NCBI GenBank assembly: GCA_963764625.1
Contig: CAVXTH010000009.1
Coordinates: forward strand, 384,001-448,000
From: Candidatus Krumholzibacteriota bacterium
GTDB lineage: Bacteria; Krumholzibacteriota; Krumholzibacteriia; JAJRXK01
DNA length: 64,000 nt
Direction of reading: 5' to 3'
The notes under the pieces are model-generated. The model was not told the DNA's origin and made no database searches. It saw only the letters and a program-made list of their open reading frames with translations. Below, in pieces: positions 61,263-64,000 of the stretch. Made by a program: the position numbers and the translations under genes. Each line of letters opens with the position of its first letter. Position 1 is the first letter of the stretch.

Positions 61263-61345
61263 CAGAAAAATCTTTCCCAGGGGAGCTGAACGGCGGCGGA
61301 CATTCAGTATACATCATACGAGCTGGGAGATTCCCTCGCCTGGAT

Positions 61346-62986
61346 TCAAGATCCCATGCGCCTCACCAATTTCGTCGGAATCTGCGGCGGCGGCGAAACG
61401 AGTCGCAGACGTCCCGGCCTGCGAAAGGCCAGGTCCAGATTCTCGAAGAAGCGATGACGATTGTAGCTTCGCCGATCGATGACGCGTAGGGCGCGGCGGT
61501 TGGCGAGAACCCAGTCGGGGGCATCGCCTCCGTGGATCGCTCTCTCGTAGAGACCGGGACCGAAGCCAAACTTGCCGCGCAACTCGGCCAGTTGTTGCCC
61601 TAGAGGGTGGAGGTGCCACCGGTGACCAGGCCTCTCGTTGGGAAGCTCGATTCTGGAGAGAACGGGATCGGTGAGCCCCAGGGACTGGATGACGTACCAG
61701 TCGAAATGGTCGTAGTTCCGCACGCACCAGTAGTCGGCCACGATGAGCGCAAATCCATACTTGCTCCGGTGCCGCCAATACTCTCGATAGGCTCCCCGCT
61801 TGTCGAACCCGGCGCCGGACTCCCAGGGCTTGCGTGCCAACTCGGGGCGCAGGCGATGGGTCATCGCATCCTCGAGGACTCCGTGGCCCAAGTAGCCTCC
61901 GCGTAGGGTATAGGGATGGCCGTCGAGGGCGTGGGGGTAGAGAAAACTCGTCCCCGCCGCCACCACCAGTCCAATCTGTGGCAGGAGCCAGCGCCGCGCT
62001 CGAGGCGCAATCCCCGAGATTATGGATTCGAGAAGGCCCGAGATCGGCAGCAAGAGAAGGGGAATGGAAAACGCCAGATAGCGGTAGTGGAGGAAGTCGC
62101 CGCCGATCTTCACCACGTAGGCCATGACCGAGAGCGCCATGAGAACCATCACGCCCCGCGCGCCGAGTTGCGGAAAGTCCTTTCCTCTGCGGTGGAGAGC
62201 CCAAATGCCAAAACCCGCGAGCGGTAGAATCACGAAGTACCCGTAGGTGAACGCGGTGTCCCACACATAGCGTAGACCCTGGGCAATCCAGGTCATGTTT
62301 TTGAGGTAGAAAGTGTTGGGCAAAAGGGCGGCGTAGTAGACGATGCGAAACAGGGACCACCCCCCAAGAGTCGTGAGCGCGACCGAGAGGGACCATCGCG
62401 GCCACGAGCCCGTGCGATGCCGGGCCCACGGAACGCTGAGCAACCAGGGGAGAAGTAGCTCATGACGGACGAGGGGTGCCAAGCCCACGAGTACCTGTCC
62501 GGCACGGGAACGCGGGTTCACCACGTGCCAGGCAAACGACGCGGCCGCAACTTGAACCAGAGGCGTCTCCAGCCCCGAAGTGAACGAGCTCAAGACCCCG
62601 TAGTTGAAGGTCAACAGGATGAGGGGAAGGTCGAGATGGTCGCGCTTGGAGAGCCGGTGGTGGGTGGCGACCATCAGAATCCAGAATCCGAGGAACGACG
62701 CCACGCCCAAGCCGCGCACCAAGAGCCAGTAGTTTGCGTGCAGTGCTCTGCCGGCGGTGAGCAGCAGCACCCAAAGGGGGCTCGAGAAACCCTCGACGTA
62801 CTCGCCCGCGTTGTAGACCAGCCCGAGTTTCAGAAAGAGCAGGTTGTCGACGTAGCGGAAGTAGACGAAGGCGTCGTCCATGAGCCAGGCGTAGTGGATG
62901 GTCAGAAAGAGCCCGCAGGCCAGACACACCCATTCACTCGGCGAGGGTCGACGCCACCACGAGCATGAGTGGGCGAGATCACGCAT
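61346..62986 (-). CDS. GT-C fold membrane glycosyltransferase (AftB-like)
   Basis: DDAFVYFRY..N....G.V.N.GE.VEGFSSPLW, SGLET, VRHE, YY...LPNT.Y.K, GGDF...RY; many TMs. Confidence 0.78.
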   Translation of the reverse strand: MRDLAHSCSWWRRPSPSEWVCLACGLFLTIHYAWLMDDAFVYFRYVDNLLFLKLGLVYNAGEYVEGFSSPLWVLLLTAGRALHANYWLLVRGLGVASFLGFWILMVATHHRLSKRDHLDLPLILLTFNYGVLSSFTSGLETPLVQVAAASFAWHVVNPRSRAGQVLVGLAPLVRHELLLPWLLSVPWARHRTGSWPRWSLSVALTTLGGWSLFRIVYYAALLPNTFYLKNMTWIAQGLRYVWDTAFTYGYFVILPLAGFGIWALHRRGKDFPQLGARGVMVLMALSVMAYVVKIGGDFLHYRYLAFSIPLLLLPISGLLESIISGIAPRARRWLLPQIGLVVAAGTSFLYPHALDGHPYTLRGGYLGHGVLEDAMTHRLRPELARKPWESGAGFDKRGAYREYWRHRSKYGFALIVADYWCVRNYDHFDWYVIQSLGLTDPVLSRIELPNERPGHRWHLHPLGQQLAELRGKFGFGPGLYERAIHGGDAPDWVLANRRALRVIDRRSYNRHRFFENLDLAFRRPGRLRLVSPPPQIPTKLVRRMGS

Positions 62987-63094
62987 GACTCTGGCGATGG
63001 GGGGAAGGGACTCCTCTACCCTACACCGTTCTTTTCTTCAGCGTGGAAAAATCCCTGCCTGCGAGAGTTTGGCCCTCGTTCCGGGGGAGAAGGA

Positions 63095-64000
63095 CTACCC
63101 CGCCATCACTTGCCTCGTCCTGGGCGCCACGCTGCCGTCGCCTTTGAGCGCGAGCATGCGCTGAAGGGCCATGCGCGCTCCCTCGGCGATCTGTGGAGGG
63201 ACGTGGATGGGATTGAGCTCGTGGCCCTGAAGCAACTCTTCGAGGCAATACAACAGGTGTGGAGGATCGATGCGGTACATGGTGGCGCAGGCGCACTGGA
63301 GGCCGGAGAGACTGCGAATGTCCTGCTCGGGATGTTCGTTGGCCAATCGGTTCACGAGGTGGTACTCGGTCCCGATGGCCCACTTCGATCCAACCGGGGC
63401 TCGACGAACTTGATCGATGATGAACTCGGTGCTCCCCACAAGGTCGGCGTTCTGCACCACTTCGAAGTTGCACTCGGGATGGACGAGCACGCGACGCTCG
63501 GGATCGTTTGCCCGGAGCCACTCGATGTTCTGAGGATTGAAGATCTGGTGCACGCTGCAGTGTCCGCGCCACAGGATGAGCTTCGCATCGGCATAAACAC
63601 CGGCTTCTGAGCCTCCGTCTTGCGCGTGGGGGTCCCACAGCGGCATCTGCGCCAGGGGAATGCCCATGGAGAAGCCCGTATTGCGGCCGAGGTGTTGGTC
63701 AGGGAAGAAGAAGGCCCGCTTTCCCCGCTGCAACGCCCACTCCAGTACGGCGCGCGCGTTGGAGGAAGTGCACACCACGCCATCGCGTCGGCCACAGAAG
63801 TCTTTGATCTCGGCACTGGAATTCATGTAGGTGATGGGGATGATTCCATCCACCCCGAGTGCGCTCAGTGTCCCCCAGGCCTCCTCGACTTGATCGGCCC
63901 GCGCCATGTCCGCCATGGAGCATCCGGCCCCCATATCGGGCAGCAGAACGGTCTGGTCGTCGCCAGTGAGGATATCGGCGCTCTCGGCCATGAAGTGCAC
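63095..64000 (-). CDS. nadA: Quinolinate synthase, 5' part outside window
   Basis: HFMAE.A, AGCSMA, YMNS.A, CTSSNA, PDQHLG.N, GHCSVH, HPEC, GST, GTE, CATM. Confidence 0.95.
   Translation of the reverse strand: MHFMAESADILTGDDQTVLLPDMGAGCSMADMARADQVEEAWGTLSALGVDGIIPITYMNSSAEIKDFCGRRDGVVCTSSNARAVLEWALQRGKRAFFFPDQHLGRNTGFSMGIPLAQMPLWDPHAQDGGSEAGVYADAKLILWRGHCSVHQIFNPQNIEWLRANDPERRVLVHPECNFEVVQNADLVGSTEFIIDQVRRAPVGSKWAIGTEYHLVNRLANEHPEQDIRSLSGLQCACATMYRIDPPHLLYCLEELLQGHELNPIHVPPQIAEGARMALQRMLALKGDGSVAPRTRQVMAG

Overview
64 kb of gene-dense, GC-rich bacterial chromosome with about 50 CDSs. I saw no rRNA, tRNA, CRISPR array, transposase or prophage. A secreted protein with an FlgD-Ig/T9SS-like C-terminal domain and another with a short '...FGGLKARFR' tail suggest an uncultured FCB-related lineage such as Krumholzibacteriota, Eisenbacteria or Latescibacterota (inference only). 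Most genes are housekeeping: ettA, a MalK-type ATPase, class II photolyase, lipocalin, ahpC, cydAB, a HutH-like lyase, gpmA, a YdeP-type molybdoenzyme, ctaA-ctaB/SCO/DUF420, aconitase, egtB, MATE, rpiB, tal, Na/Pi cotransporter with PhoU, C69 peptidase, Ser/Thr kinase and nadA. The most unusual features are: (1) a Bd0055-like bacterial histone with a 28-aa Lys/Ala-rich N-terminal tail (23553-23816); (2) next to it, a membrane protein with collinear motifs resembling human CLN6; (3) a 19-heme cytochrome c translationally coupled to an outer-membrane beta-barrel (porin-cytochrome candidate); (4) SppA fused to a predicted beta-barrel; (5) an Sm/LSm-like protein behind a bacilliredoxin; (6) a PLD3-like phospholipase D/unknown protein/MATE operon; (7) a MacB-type ABC system paired with an atypical metal-binding protein; (8) an ammonia-lyase with an Ala-Cys-Gly MIO triad; (9) a 120-bp AT-rich island with a 12-bp direct repeat at the satD start. 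Two single-base frameshifts are probably assembly errors. All family calls come from motif recognition by eye; no searches were run.
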